A DNA stretch of 64,000 nt from Capsulimonadales bacterium (GTDB lineage: Bacteria; Armatimonadota; Armatimonadia; Armatimonadales; Armatimonadaceae). This document shows, one piece after another, positions 54,813 through 64,000 of the stretch. The position numbers were made by a program, and so were the translations under genes. The stretch is from NCBI GenBank assembly GCA_033762295.1, contig JANRLW010000069.1, positions 1-64,000 of the forward strand, read 5' to 3'. The notes beneath the pieces were generated by a model. It was not told the DNA's origin. It ran no database searches and saw only the letters and a list, made by a program, of their open reading frames with translations. The stretch's first letter is position 1, and every line of letters starts with the position of its first letter.

Positions 54813-55649
54813 CTACGGTATCGCCCCGTTTCCCATGGAGGCCGGCGGCAACGGTCCGTCCCCGTAACGGCGTAATAACTCCTCGGCGACGGGGATATCC
54901 TCCGGACGGTCGACATCCGCGCCGATCTCCGGGTACGGCACAACCACGGCGCATGCCGTCGCTCCGCCCAGAAGGCGACCGACCGCGTGTTCGAGGTAGG
55001 ACAGGGAAAGGACGCGCGGCATCACCCGCGAGAGAACCAGACGACTAACCGCCCCGAAGCCCAGCATCCGGGCCAGACCGGGGATGTTTTTCCGCTGGGC
55101 GTAGGCTTCCCGAAGCGCACTTTCGTTCCTTTTCAGGAATTCGGGATTGATTAACACCAGATTTCCGCCGGTAAACTCGCCTTCGGCAATCTGCAGAGTG
55201 GTACGGCGCATCCCCGGAAACGCCGCCTCGCAGGAATAGGCATCCACGATCGGGTAGAGAAAGTCGACATCCCGGAAATGCTCCGCGCGGTCGATCAGAT
55301 CGGCGACCGCCTCCGGAGTGAGTAGCGGAACGTCCGCGGTGGAGACCAGCAACCGGGTCTCCTCCGGGAACAAGGCGGAAACGCCCGTTAGCAGCGTATC
55401 CACCATCGAATCACCGTCCGGAACGGGCACGGCGTTCTTCGGCAAGGGCAGGTCGCGCCCCGCGACCAGCAACCGCCCGAAATTCCCTGACAGACGTCGT
55501 CCTTCGACCAGCGCCGGGAGGACGTAGTCGAGCATGGGGCGTCCGTTCAGAGGCAAAAGCGCGCGACAGGAAATTTCCGGCGCGACGGCCCGCATCTCGG
55601 CGGGCATACCGCCGCCGGCCAGCACCAGGATCGGCAGGGGGTCACTCAT
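54813..55649 (-). CDS. MobA-like nucleotidyltransferase family protein
   Basis: ILVLAGG, GRPMLDYV, TADVPLL, FTGGN, DVDRPED. Confidence 0.85.
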   Translation of the reverse strand: MSDPLPILVLAGGGMPAEMRAVAPEISCRALLPLNGRPMLDYVLPALVEGRRLSGNFGRLLVAGRDLPLPKNAVPVPDGDSMVDTLLTGVSALFPEETRLLVSTADVPLLTPEAVADLIDRAEHFRDVDFLYPIVDAYSCEAAFPGMRRTTLQIAEGEFTGGNLVLINPEFLKRNESALREAYAQRKNIPGLARMLGFGAVSRLVLSRVMPRVLSLSYLEHAVGRLLGGATACAVVVPYPEIGADVDRPEDIPVAEELLRRYGDGPLPPASMGNGAIP

Positions 55650-56589
55650 GCCATTTCCGCACGGACAGGACCACCGGAAACCGTCCGAGAAGTTGCTGAC
55701 GGAGGTCGTCCGCATGGTCGGAGTCCTCCGCAAGTCCGAAAACCGCCGACCCCGACCCGCAGAGCAGGGTTCGAAGCGCACCGGCATCCGTCACCGCGCG
55801 GTGGGCGGCGTCGACCTCCGGATAGGCAGGAAGGATCGCCGCCTCGAAATCATTAGACATCAGGTCACCTATCTCTCGGACGGACGCATGTCGTTGCAGG
55901 GCGTCCCGCAGGCGGGCCGTCGCGCGGCCGGGTTGGCGATCGGGAAGCGAGTCCAGCAGGCGGTAGGCGGGACCGGTCGGAACGCCGATTCCCGGTTGAA
56001 CCACGACACCCCGGAGCGACGTGTCGTCGGAAATCGGTGTCAACCGTTCTCCTTTTCCTTCCATTCGGACCGTTCCGGTTGTAAGGAATAACGGAACATC
56101 ACTGCCCAGGGTTGCCCCAATTGTCAGCAGGGTCTCGGGAGGGATGGGGAAGCGGTCGTTCAGGAGACGCAGGACAGCGGCCGCATCGCTGCTGCCGCCG
56201 CCCATACCGGCCTGCATCGGAATGGTCTTCTCCAGGCGGATATCGACCGAGACAGGGTGGGGAACCACGCGCAGGAACGCGTCGGCGGCCCGATAGGCCA
56301 GGTTCTCAGGCCCGGAGGGAAGGTCGGACCCCGGACACTCCAGAGTGATGCGCGGTCCGGCGACCGACTCCCGGATGGAGACGGCCAGCCGATCGACCGG
56401 CAGGATTTTCACCACCACCGAATCCAGATCGTGGAAACCGTCCGGGCGGGGCGGGAAAACGTCCAGTGTCAGGTTAATTTTGGCGGGAGCTTCGGCGAAA
56501 AATGTACCGGTCAAGGGGTCTCCTCCGAACGGCGGCGCGAAAACGTCACCGTCATGGTTCCCTGACGCAGGTTTCGTGCCCGTTTCCAT
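55642..56589 (-). CDS. ispE: 4-diphosphocytidyl-2-C-methyl-D-erythritol kinase
   Basis: APAKINL.L, DGFH, IPMQAGMGGGSSDAA, GSDVP, NDFE, GSGS; exact start uncertain. Confidence 0.96.
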   Translation of the reverse strand: METGTKPASGNHDGDVFAPPFGGDPLTGTFFAEAPAKINLTLDVFPPRPDGFHDLDSVVVKILPVDRLAVSIRESVAGPRITLECPGSDLPSGPENLAYRAADAFLRVVPHPVSVDIRLEKTIPMQAGMGGGSSDAAAVLRLLNDRFPIPPETLLTIGATLGSDVPLFLTTGTVRMEGKGERLTPISDDTSLRGVVVQPGIGVPTGPAYRLLDSLPDRQPGRATARLRDALQRHASVREIGDLMSNDFEAAILPAYPEVDAAHRAVTDAGALRTLLCGSGSAVFGLAEDSDHADDLRQQLLGRFPVVLSVRKWHE

Positions 56590-57677
56590 CCGGCAAGGCG
56601 CACCGTCAAGGGCCGGGGTCGCTCGGACACGGCGAGGGGAGGACGGTCCGCCACTCCGAGCAGGCCCGCCGGACTGCCGGTGATGTCGAAGGTTCCCGTA
56701 TCGAGCGGCACCCAGGCCGGGGTACGAACGGAAAACGTCGCCGAACTTCGAAGGACATTGCGAACGGCGTCGACCAGAGCGCGAGCGTTTTCGGAGTCCA
56801 CCGACCAGAGCGCTTTCGCCAGGATGGAGGAACCGAACGTTTCATCGAGCGCCAGAGCGGCTCCGATGTAATAGTCCATTCCGGCAACGTCGGTCTGTTT
56901 GAGTCGGGGAGACCCCGGTCCTTCCGCGAGGAACTGCTCGATCAGCGGGGCGACCTGCCGTCGATGGTAGAGATCCTGGTCGGTGTGCGTGGTAAAGTCG
57001 TCGGCTGCGCCGTCCCGATCCTCGCGCAGCCACTTGAAAAAGAGACGTTCGCCGAGATAGCCTGCGGCGTCCGGCTCCGGCGAAACGAATCCGCGCGCGG
57101 CGACGAGAGTGAGGTGGCCCCATTCGTGACAGAGGGTTCGCACCCATTCGATCGGTTTCCGCTCGGGGACCGCGAACAGATAGATCTGGTTGGTTCGTGT
57201 CTCTCCGCCCATCGCGTTGCCGCGTCCGGGGGGAGCGTTGACCCAGATGTCCGCCGAGTCGGCGGAGCGAGGGAAGGAGACCGGCCGACGGAACCGGAGA
57301 CGGTGCAGATAGATCAGTCGGGCGACCAGACGGGTGATGCGAAAGGCGGTTTCGGTATCGGTCGAACGGTAGTGTACCGTGACCAGGCGATCGAGCACAT
57401 CGCTGCGGCGCGGGCGCGGAACATAGAGGAACGCCGTTCGGTCATAAAGCGCCGGGTAGCGGGTTTCGTAATGCGGGACCGTGGGCACCGTGGCCGGATA
57501 GAAAACCGCCAGAAGGTCTCCGCGAAGGTTTTCGAGGGTCGCTCCGGCGGTCGATCGGGCGATTTCCTCATGAGAAACCCCGGTGGGGGGCAGACCCGGC
57601 GTCTCCGTCCGACCTGCGCTTCCGAAAAAAAGGGCCAGGAGGGCCGGAATCGTCGCCAGACAGCGCAGAGGACGCAT
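56511..57677 (-). CDS. exported hypothetical protein with HExxH zinc motif
   Basis: Signal-like MRPLRCLATIPALLALFFG, MGGE, RTLCHEWGH, downstream GYLGERL. Confidence 0.7.
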   Translation of the reverse strand: MRPLRCLATIPALLALFFGSAGRTETPGLPPTGVSHEEIARSTAGATLENLRGDLLAVFYPATVPTVPHYETRYPALYDRTAFLYVPRPRRSDVLDRLVTVHYRSTDTETAFRITRLVARLIYLHRLRFRRPVSFPRSADSADIWVNAPPGRGNAMGGETRTNQIYLFAVPERKPIEWVRTLCHEWGHLTLVAARGFVSPEPDAAGYLGERLFFKWLREDRDGAADDFTTHTDQDLYHRRQVAPLIEQFLAEGPGSPRLKQTDVAGMDYYIGAALALDETFGSSILAKALWSVDSENARALVDAVRNVLRSSATFSVRTPAWVPLDTGTFDITGSPAGLLGVADRPPLAVSERPRPLTVRLAGWKRARNLRQGTMTVTFSRRRSEETP

Positions 57678-57864
57678 GATGGGCGCATTATACTTTTTTT
57701 TGTTACCCTTCCGCAACTTTCCACGATCGGTTGTGTCTTTCCCATAGGCGAAATGATGTCGATTTTTCCGCATCTCGACCGCATTGCCATACCGTGCGTT
57801 CCGCCGACTGGGAGCTTCCGGTCCATTTCCAACCGACCGGAACGGCACGGATAAGGAGTTTCGT

Positions 57865-59532
57865 TTGAACAGCAAAGTCCGCCTCGCCCTGATCGCTGTG
57901 GTCATCGTCGGAATCGTCGCATTTGCCTGGTCGCGGTTGACCACCAAAACGACCGACAAACCCAAGATCGGAAGAATCGTCGAGGCAAAGACGGGTACCA
58001 TTTCCCTGACGGTCGCCGAGAACGGTACGCTGGAACCGGTGAATCAGGTGGAGGTTAAGTCCCGTGTCGCCGGACGCATTCTGAAAATCTATGTCAGGGA
58101 AGGCGACCGTGTCAAAGCCGGGGATATGATCGCTCTGGTCGATCCGACCGAAGTAGCCCGCGATGTCAACCGGATCAAAGCGCAGCTATCCGCTTCACAG
58201 GCGCGTCTGGCCCAGTCCGAGGAGAATTATTATTACGCCCAACGTCAGAGCCTGGTCGCGGTCGAGCGAGCGAAGGCGAACCTGAAGGAGGCGCAACGGC
58301 GTCTGGCGCAGACGGCGGCGCCCACCCGGATACAGGAACTGCGGCAGCAGGAGGAGTCCGTCAACCGGGCCGAACTCGCTCTCAAACGCGCCGACGCCAA
58401 CCTGGCCCGCGCCGATGCGGCGATTCAGCGCAGCGACGCCCAGATCGTCGATGCTCGCCGCAACCTCGAACGGCAGAAAATCCTGGTGGCCAAAGGTTTT
58501 GTCGCTCAATCCGCCCTTGATACCGCCGATACCAATGTCCGACTGGCGGTGGCCGATAAAGCCGCGCAGGAAGCGGATCGCAAAGCCCAGGAAGCGGATC
58601 GCCGCTCCCTGGAGGCCGATCTGGCGACGGCCCGGCAGCGATTGTCTCTGTTGCGGGAGGGACCGCGTGTGGAGGATATTCGCGCGGCTCAGGCGGCCGT
58701 CGAAACCGCCCGGGTGGGGCTCCGTGCCGAGATGGTGAACGCCCGCCAGGTCGAGGTTCGAAAGCGCGATATCGAGCAGGCGCAGGCCGAGGTCGCACAG
58801 ATCGAAAATACCCTCGCCCAGCAAAACGTCCAGTTGACCGAAACCCGAATTGTCGCGCCGGTCTCCGGCGAAATCACCGGAAAGTACCTGAACGAAGGCG
58901 AACTGGTGGCGTCGGCGACGTCCGGTTTCGCCCAGGGCGCGGTCCTGGTCCGCGTCGCGGACCTGAACAAGATGCAGGTCCGTGTCAATGTGAACGAGGT
59001 CGATGTTGCCAGACTGAAGGTCAATCTGCCCGTCGAAATCAAAGTGGACAGCATTCCGGGAGTGACGTTCAAGGGGCACGTAACCGATATCGCGCCGTCG
59101 TCGATCGGCTCCGCCGCCTCCGGAACGTCCGGGAGTTCGTCCGGACAGCAGGCGGTCGTCCGTTTCGAGGTGAAGGTTCGAGTCGACACGCCGGATCAGC
59201 GGCTGCGCCCGGGGATGACCGCGGCGGTCAATATCATTCTCGATCGGCACGAAAATGTCACCATCCTCTCCAATGAAGCCCTCCGGGAAGGCGATAAGGT
59301 GATGGTCGTGACCGGAACCGGCAAGGATATGAAGACCACCGAACGGGTCCTGAAGATCGGCATTCGCAACTACGGCGAGGCGGAAGTGCTGGAGGGACTG
59401 AAACCGGGCGAGAAGGTGGAGGTGCCGAAGATCGTCGCCAAAGATCGCCGCAAGATCAATGTCGAGGGTCCGGACGGTGAGGAGAACAGCGGGGACGGTT
59501 CGTCCGGCGAGGGAGGCGGAGAAGGAAAATAG
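57865..59532 (+). CDS. efflux periplasmic adaptor (MacA/HlyD-like)
   Basis: TTG start after TAAGGAG, TM anchor, VKSRVAGRI..VREGDRVKAG, IVAPVSG, NEVDVA, LRPGMTA. Confidence 0.92.
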   Translation: MNSKVRLALIAVVIVGIVAFAWSRLTTKTTDKPKIGRIVEAKTGTISLTVAENGTLEPVNQVEVKSRVAGRILKIYVREGDRVKAGDMIALVDPTEVARDVNRIKAQLSASQARLAQSEENYYYAQRQSLVAVERAKANLKEAQRRLAQTAAPTRIQELRQQEESVNRAELALKRADANLARADAAIQRSDAQIVDARRNLERQKILVAKGFVAQSALDTADTNVRLAVADKAAQEADRKAQEADRRSLEADLATARQRLSLLREGPRVEDIRAAQAAVETARVGLRAEMVNARQVEVRKRDIEQAQAEVAQIENTLAQQNVQLTETRIVAPVSGEITGKYLNEGELVASATSGFAQGAVLVRVADLNKMQVRVNVNEVDVARLKVNLPVEIKVDSIPGVTFKGHVTDIAPSSIGSAASGTSGSSSGQQAVVRFEVKVRVDTPDQRLRPGMTAAVNIILDRHENVTILSNEALREGDKVMVVTGTGKDMKTTERVLKIGIRNYGEAEVLEGLKPGEKVEVPKIVAKDRRKINVEGPDGEENSGDGSSGEGGGEGK

Positions 59533-59558
59533 GCGAGGATGCCGCAAAGAGGAACCCC

Positions 59559-60674
59559 ATGCCTGAGATAAAATCCGTCGAGGTGCGACGCTGGAATGTG
59601 CCGATGCGGTCTCCTTACCGCTCAGCACAGCGTATCACCCGTGTCGCCGCCAACGTACTGGTGCGGGTAACCCTGACGGACGGCGCGGTCGGCTACGGAG
59701 AATCGGCTCCTGCGGCGTATGTTACCGGCGAGACACAGGAAACGGTGCGGGCCGCCGTGCTGACCATGGCCCGGGAACTGATCGGGAAGCCGCCGGAGGC
59801 CGCTCTGGCCGCCGTGCTCCAAAGCCCGACACGGACCCCCGGGGCGCGGGGCGCTCTGGAAACGGCGATTCGGGATGCCCGGTCTCGTTCCGAAGGCCGT
59901 CCTTTCTACCGGGAGTTTCCGGCCACGGCGGAGACTCCGGTCCTTTCCATCCGTACCGATCTTTCGTTGCCGTTGCTCCCGCCCGACGAAGCGGCGGAAC
60001 GGGCCACGCGTTTTGCCGCCGTCGGCTTTCGGTCGTTCAAAATCAAAGTGGACGGAAAAACCAGGGAGGATGAGGCGCGGGTTCGCGCGGTCGCCGAAAG
60101 CGCACCCGGAACGTTCCTGCGGATCGACGGCAATCAGGCGTTCTCCGCAACGGAAGCGATTCACCTCGTCCGGCGTCTCGATGATCTCTTGCCCCGTCTG
60201 CAGATGTTCGAGCAGCCGACTCCGGCCGGGGACGATCAGGCGATGTTTCAGGTACAGGACGCGATCCCGATCCCGGTTTTTGCCGACGAGTCCGTCCGTC
60301 ACCCGACCGATGCCGCCCGTCTGCTCAATCAGGGAGCGTGCCGGGGCGTCGTTCTGAAAATCGCCAAATCGGGGATCGCCGAAACGCTGGCGATCGGCCG
60401 GGCGGTGCGCGATGCGGGCGGGGTCTGCCTGTTCGGCTGCATGATGGAGACGCGGGTCGCGATCTCCGCGGCGGTGCATCTCGCGGTCGCCCTGGGGCCG
60501 GAGATCGTTCCCTTTCTCGATCTGGACGGACCCTTTCTGGTGGACGATTCCCGTCTGGTCCGGGGCGGCATACGTATCGACGGCGACATCCTGCGCGTTT
60601 CGGAAACCGATCCCGGCCTCGGGGTCGCCCCCGACTTTGCCGCGACCGATTCCGAATCCATGGATCGGGTATAA
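59559..60674 (+). CDS. dipeptide (L-Ala-D/L-Glu) epimerase, enolase superfamily
   Basis: GYGE, FKIKV, IDGNQ, EQP, ADES, LKIAK, GCMME, DLD. Confidence 0.88.
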   Translation: MPEIKSVEVRRWNVPMRSPYRSAQRITRVAANVLVRVTLTDGAVGYGESAPAAYVTGETQETVRAAVLTMARELIGKPPEAALAAVLQSPTRTPGARGALETAIRDARSRSEGRPFYREFPATAETPVLSIRTDLSLPLLPPDEAAERATRFAAVGFRSFKIKVDGKTREDEARVRAVAESAPGTFLRIDGNQAFSATEAIHLVRRLDDLLPRLQMFEQPTPAGDDQAMFQVQDAIPIPVFADESVRHPTDAARLLNQGACRGVVLKIAKSGIAETLAIGRAVRDAGGVCLFGCMMETRVAISAAVHLAVALGPEIVPFLDLDGPFLVDDSRLVRGGIRIDGDILRVSETDPGLGVAPDFAATDSESMDRV

Positions 60675-60681
60675 TGCCGTT

Positions 60682-61803
60682 ATGCCATCTGCCAAGCCAC
60701 GCCGCATCGTCGTTCTGGGGTCCACCGGCTCGATCGGGACGCAGACGCTGGATGTTGTTCGACGGCTGGGGCCGGATCGCGCGGCGATTGTCGGACTGGC
60801 GGCGCGACGCAACGAGGCGCTGTTGCGGGAACAGGCGGCGGAGTTCGCGGTCGAACATCTCTGCCTGACGGAGCGGGATGGTGAGGACGCGATGATCTCG
60901 CTGGCCACCCTGGAATCGGCCGATACCGTGGTGGTGGCCGTGGCCGGTGCGGCCGCGCTGTCCGCCACGGTGGCGGCGGCCCGCCTCGGAAAGCGGCTCT
61001 GCCTCGCGACCAAGGAGGTCCTGGTCGCCGCCGGAGACCTGGTAATGCGGACGGTCCGCGAGTGCGGCGCGGAGATACTGCCGATCGATTCGGAGCATTC
61101 CGCCATCTTCCAGTGTCTTCAAGGTTACCCGAAGGAGTCGATCGCCTATCTCCATATCACGGCGTCCGGCGGCCCGTTTCGAACCTGGAGCGCCGAGCGT
61201 ATCCGGGCGGCGACCGTCGAGGAGGCGTTGAACCATCCGACCTGGCGAATGGGAGGGAAGATCACGATCGATTCCGCCACCCTGATGAACAAGGGACTGG
61301 AGGTCATCGAGGCGTGCCATCTTTTCGATCTGTCGATCGATCGGGTGCGCGTCGTCGTGCATCCCCAGAGCGTCGTGCATTCGTTCGTCGAACTGACCGA
61401 TGGCGCGTTGCTGGCGCAACTGGGATTGCCGGATATGCGCTTGCCCATACAGATCGCCCTCACCTATCCCGACAAAACGGATATCGGACTGCCCCGTCTG
61501 CTGCCCACGCAGATCGGTACGCTGACGTTCGAGGAGCCGGACGAGGAGCGTTTCCCGGCGCTCCGATGGGCGCGGCGCGCCTTTGAGATCGGCGGGACCG
61601 CGCCCGCCGTCCTCAACGCCGCAAATGAGGAAGCCGTCGGCGCGTTTCTTGCAGGGAGAATCGCGTTCGGAGAGATTTGCGGACTGGTCGCCGCGTCACT
61701 GGAGGCGCATACGCCGGTTCCTGCCGAGGCACTGGAGACGATTCGGACGGCCGATCAAGCCGGACGGAACTTCGTTCGGGCCTCCGTGGGTACTAATCCC
61801 TGA
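60682..61803 (+). CDS. dxr: 1-deoxy-D-xylulose 5-phosphate reductoisomerase
   Basis: LGSTGSIG, LPIDSEHSA, TASGGPF, HPTWRMGGKITIDSATLMNKGLE, PDM. Confidence 0.98.
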   Translation: MPSAKPRRIVVLGSTGSIGTQTLDVVRRLGPDRAAIVGLAARRNEALLREQAAEFAVEHLCLTERDGEDAMISLATLESADTVVVAVAGAAALSATVAAARLGKRLCLATKEVLVAAGDLVMRTVRECGAEILPIDSEHSAIFQCLQGYPKESIAYLHITASGGPFRTWSAERIRAATVEEALNHPTWRMGGKITIDSATLMNKGLEVIEACHLFDLSIDRVRVVVHPQSVVHSFVELTDGALLAQLGLPDMRLPIQIALTYPDKTDIGLPRLLPTQIGTLTFEEPDEERFPALRWARRAFEIGGTAPAVLNAANEEAVGAFLAGRIAFGEICGLVAASLEAHTPVPAEALETIRTADQAGRNFVRASVGTNP

Positions 61804-61837
61804 GACGGTTCGGAGTCGTACGGAGGAGTTAACGAAT

Positions 61838-63001
61838 TTGGGCTCGATCTATTTCGTTCTGGTCTTTCTGCTGATTCTGGGAATACTCGTGTTTTTCCAT
61901 GAACTCGGCCATTTTCTCGCCGCGAAGATGCTCGGGATGCGTGTCCTGGAGTTTGCGTTCAATATGGGACCCCGCGTCGTCCGACTCTACCACGACGGAG
62001 AGACGGAGTATACGATCCGCGCGATCCCTCTTGGCGGGTTCGTCCGTATTGCCGGAATGGAGGTAGAGGACGAAGTGAGCGAGACCGCGAAGCTCACCAA
62101 CGGTCTTGTCAATACGAACACCCGGCTCGAACGGCAGGAGGCTGTCCGGATCGACGAGACGCCGTCCGCTTCCGTTCGTGCCGACGACCCCCGTGGTTAT
62201 AACAATCGCCCGGTCTGGCAGCGTGCCATCGTCATCCTGGCAGGGCCGGTTTTCAGTTTCCTCCTGGGGTGGATCACCCTTTGCCTGATCGGCGTCGTCG
62301 CCGGAATTCCTGATAAGACCCAACTGGGCGTCGGCGAAGTCCTCAAAGGAAGCGTGGCCGAACAGGTCGGGCTGAAGAAAGGGGATACGATCACCGCTAT
62401 CAACGCCAAACCGGTGGAGAACTATACGGTGGCCCTGAAGACGATTCATGCCTCCGCCGGCCAACCCCTGACGCTCCGTCTGCGCGACAAGGAAGGAACC
62501 CTGCGGGATGTTTCGGCGACGCCGCGTACTCAGACGGACCGGGAAACGGGAAAACAGATCGGGTTGCTCGGTTTTCAACCCGAACCCATCACGCTGACCG
62601 TTCGGCGAACGTCCCTGGCCGAATCGTTCTCACAGGGGAATATGCTCACCCTCCGATGGTTCGAACTGATGGGAAGCCTGATCTCGTCCGGAGCGATCAC
62701 GAAATCGGTCGGCGGACCGGTCGCGATCTTCAAGGAGACGACATCGGCCTCGAAACGGGGCGGCCCGGAACCGATGTTCCTGCTCGGGCAACTCTCGCTG
62801 TCGCTGGGATTGTTCAACCTCTTTCCGATCCCGATTCTCGATGGCGGTCACCTGATGTTACTTGCTCTGGAATCACTACGCCGACGAAAGCTGACCCCGG
62901 CGCAAACGGCGGGGGTTCAGTATGCGGGACTTGCCATCCTGCTTACCATTTTCATCCTGGTCATGTTTAAGGATGTCAGCGGACTCCTGAAGAACGGCTA
63001 A
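61838..63001 (+). CDS. rseP: RIP metalloprotease (M50, PDZ)
   Basis: HELGH, IPLGGFV, AGP, PDZ, FNLFPIPILDGG; TTG start after GGAGGAG; follows dxr. Confidence 0.95.
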   Translation: MGSIYFVLVFLLILGILVFFHELGHFLAAKMLGMRVLEFAFNMGPRVVRLYHDGETEYTIRAIPLGGFVRIAGMEVEDEVSETAKLTNGLVNTNTRLERQEAVRIDETPSASVRADDPRGYNNRPVWQRAIVILAGPVFSFLLGWITLCLIGVVAGIPDKTQLGVGEVLKGSVAEQVGLKKGDTITAINAKPVENYTVALKTIHASAGQPLTLRLRDKEGTLRDVSATPRTQTDRETGKQIGLLGFQPEPITLTVRRTSLAESFSQGNMLTLRWFELMGSLISSGAITKSVGGPVAIFKETTSASKRGGPEPMFLLGQLSLSLGLFNLFPIPILDGGHLMLLALESLRRRKLTPAQTAGVQYAGLAILLTIFILVMFKDVSGLLKNG

Positions 63002-63963
63002 CTCGCGCGGTTCAGGGCGGCGCCTCGTCGAACGTAGAGCGCCAGACCCGCCGCGAGCAGGGCGGCGACCCCGAATTTCAAAGCGGGCGGAAGTCCGGCC
63101 GGACTGAGGAAAGCCTCGATAAAACCGGCAAGGATGAGCAGCAGAATGGTGCCGAACACCAGGCGTATCGCGTCCTTGCCGGCAAGGAGGATCGCTTCCT
63201 GACGCGGCAGTTCGCCGGGAGCGATCAACGCCTTGCCGATCAACATCCCGGACGCGCCGGAAATGAAGATCGCGGACAGTTCCGGGACACCATGAGGAGC
63301 GATAAACGACCAGAAGTCCAGGGCGTAACCATGGTCCGCCTGGTGAACGGCCAGTGAACCGATCGGTAATCCGTTCAGAAAGAGGACAAGTAACGTGGGG
63401 ACGGCGCCAAGGATGCCCCAGCCGAACGCCATGATGGCAACGCGGATATTGTTCTGCATCAGGAAGGCGGCGTCACTGGGACGTTCGGCATCGGTAATCT
63501 CGGTTGACAGGCTGCGGTAAAAGTCCGGTCGGTTCAGGATGAACTCGCTGAAGACCGCAATGTTCTCCCGGTTTTGCAGACACAGAACCGCCGCCACCAG
63601 CCCCCCCAGAACGAACAGGCCGGCAGCGATGCCGATCATTCCCAGATGCCTGTGCAGAAGACGCGGAAACCCGTCGGAGACGAAACGGCGAAACCGATCG
63701 AGACCGGGACTGCGTTCGGCGTAGAGAAGACCATGCGCCCGAGTGACCAGATCGTTCAGGTGCTGCAGCAGGACCGGATCGCCGCCGCGAAGGCGGGCGT
63801 AGGCCAGATCCGCTGCCGCCCGACGGTAGAGTGGGCCGATCGCCCGGAGGTCTTCCCGGGAGAGGCGACGGACATCGCTTTTCCCGCCCGCCCGGGTAAG
63901 GATCGCCGCCAGCTCTTCCCAGCCGGCTTTTCGTTTTTCGATAAAATCGTTCATGCCCGCCAT
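62998..63963 (-). CDS. SpoIIM/DUF95 family membrane protein
   Basis: LYRRAAADLA, NNIRVA, LFLNG, IAPHGVPEL, AGFIEAF. Confidence 0.9.
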   Translation of the reverse strand: MAGMNDFIEKRKAGWEELAAILTRAGGKSDVRRLSREDLRAIGPLYRRAAADLAYARLRGGDPVLLQHLNDLVTRAHGLLYAERSPGLDRFRRFVSDGFPRLLHRHLGMIGIAAGLFVLGGLVAAVLCLQNRENIAVFSEFILNRPDFYRSLSTEITDAERPSDAAFLMQNNIRVAIMAFGWGILGAVPTLLVLFLNGLPIGSLAVHQADHGYALDFWSFIAPHGVPELSAIFISGASGMLIGKALIAPGELPRQEAILLAGKDAIRLVFGTILLLILAGFIEAFLSPAGLPPALKFGVAALLAAGLALYVRRGAALNRAS

Positions 63964-64000
63964 GAACCGATGTTACCCGGTCTCAAAGGAACGCGCACGG

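Noticed and set aside
62998..63963. Evidence of sporulation from the SpoIIM-like gene
   Set aside because: The DUF95 family is widespread in non-sporulating bacteria
1..64000. tRNA, rRNA, IS elements, integrases, prophage or defence genes
   Set aside because: No cloverleaf, rRNA-like tract, transposase or recombinase motif seen; nearly all sequence is accounted for by CDS

Overview
GC-rich bacterial chromosomal window (roughly 65% GC by eye) from a diderm organism: it has TolC and an outer-membrane beta-barrel together with Terrabacteria-like housekeeping genes. Armatimonadota is a plausible guess only. About 50 CDS can be supported: serS, icd, pilC/pilD, a TolC-MFP-RND efflux operon, two signalling loci, panC, a BMP-type ABC importer, pgm, recD2, coaBC, gmk, ispE, dxr, rseP, several glycoside hydrolases and hypotheticals. 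I found no rRNA, tRNA, CRISPR array or mobile element. The most notable locus is 46649-50266. It holds a PAS-PAS-HisKA_2 kinase, an ECF sigma factor with no adjacent anti-sigma, and a REC-ANTAR regulator. The sigma's long leader carries, in order, an ECF-type promoter, a boxA-like motif, two hairpins with identical CAGGAUC loops, and an intrinsic terminator that overlaps the second hairpin. This suggests a sigma factor gated by ANTAR antitermination. Other oddities: a REC-repeat-REC-degenerate HD-GYP protein, an oversized PilD with an internal repeat, an AT-rich codon patch over the RecD2 P-loop, many probably leaderless genes, and a DUF4242-TOBE fusion. All family calls come from motif recognition by eye; no searches were run.
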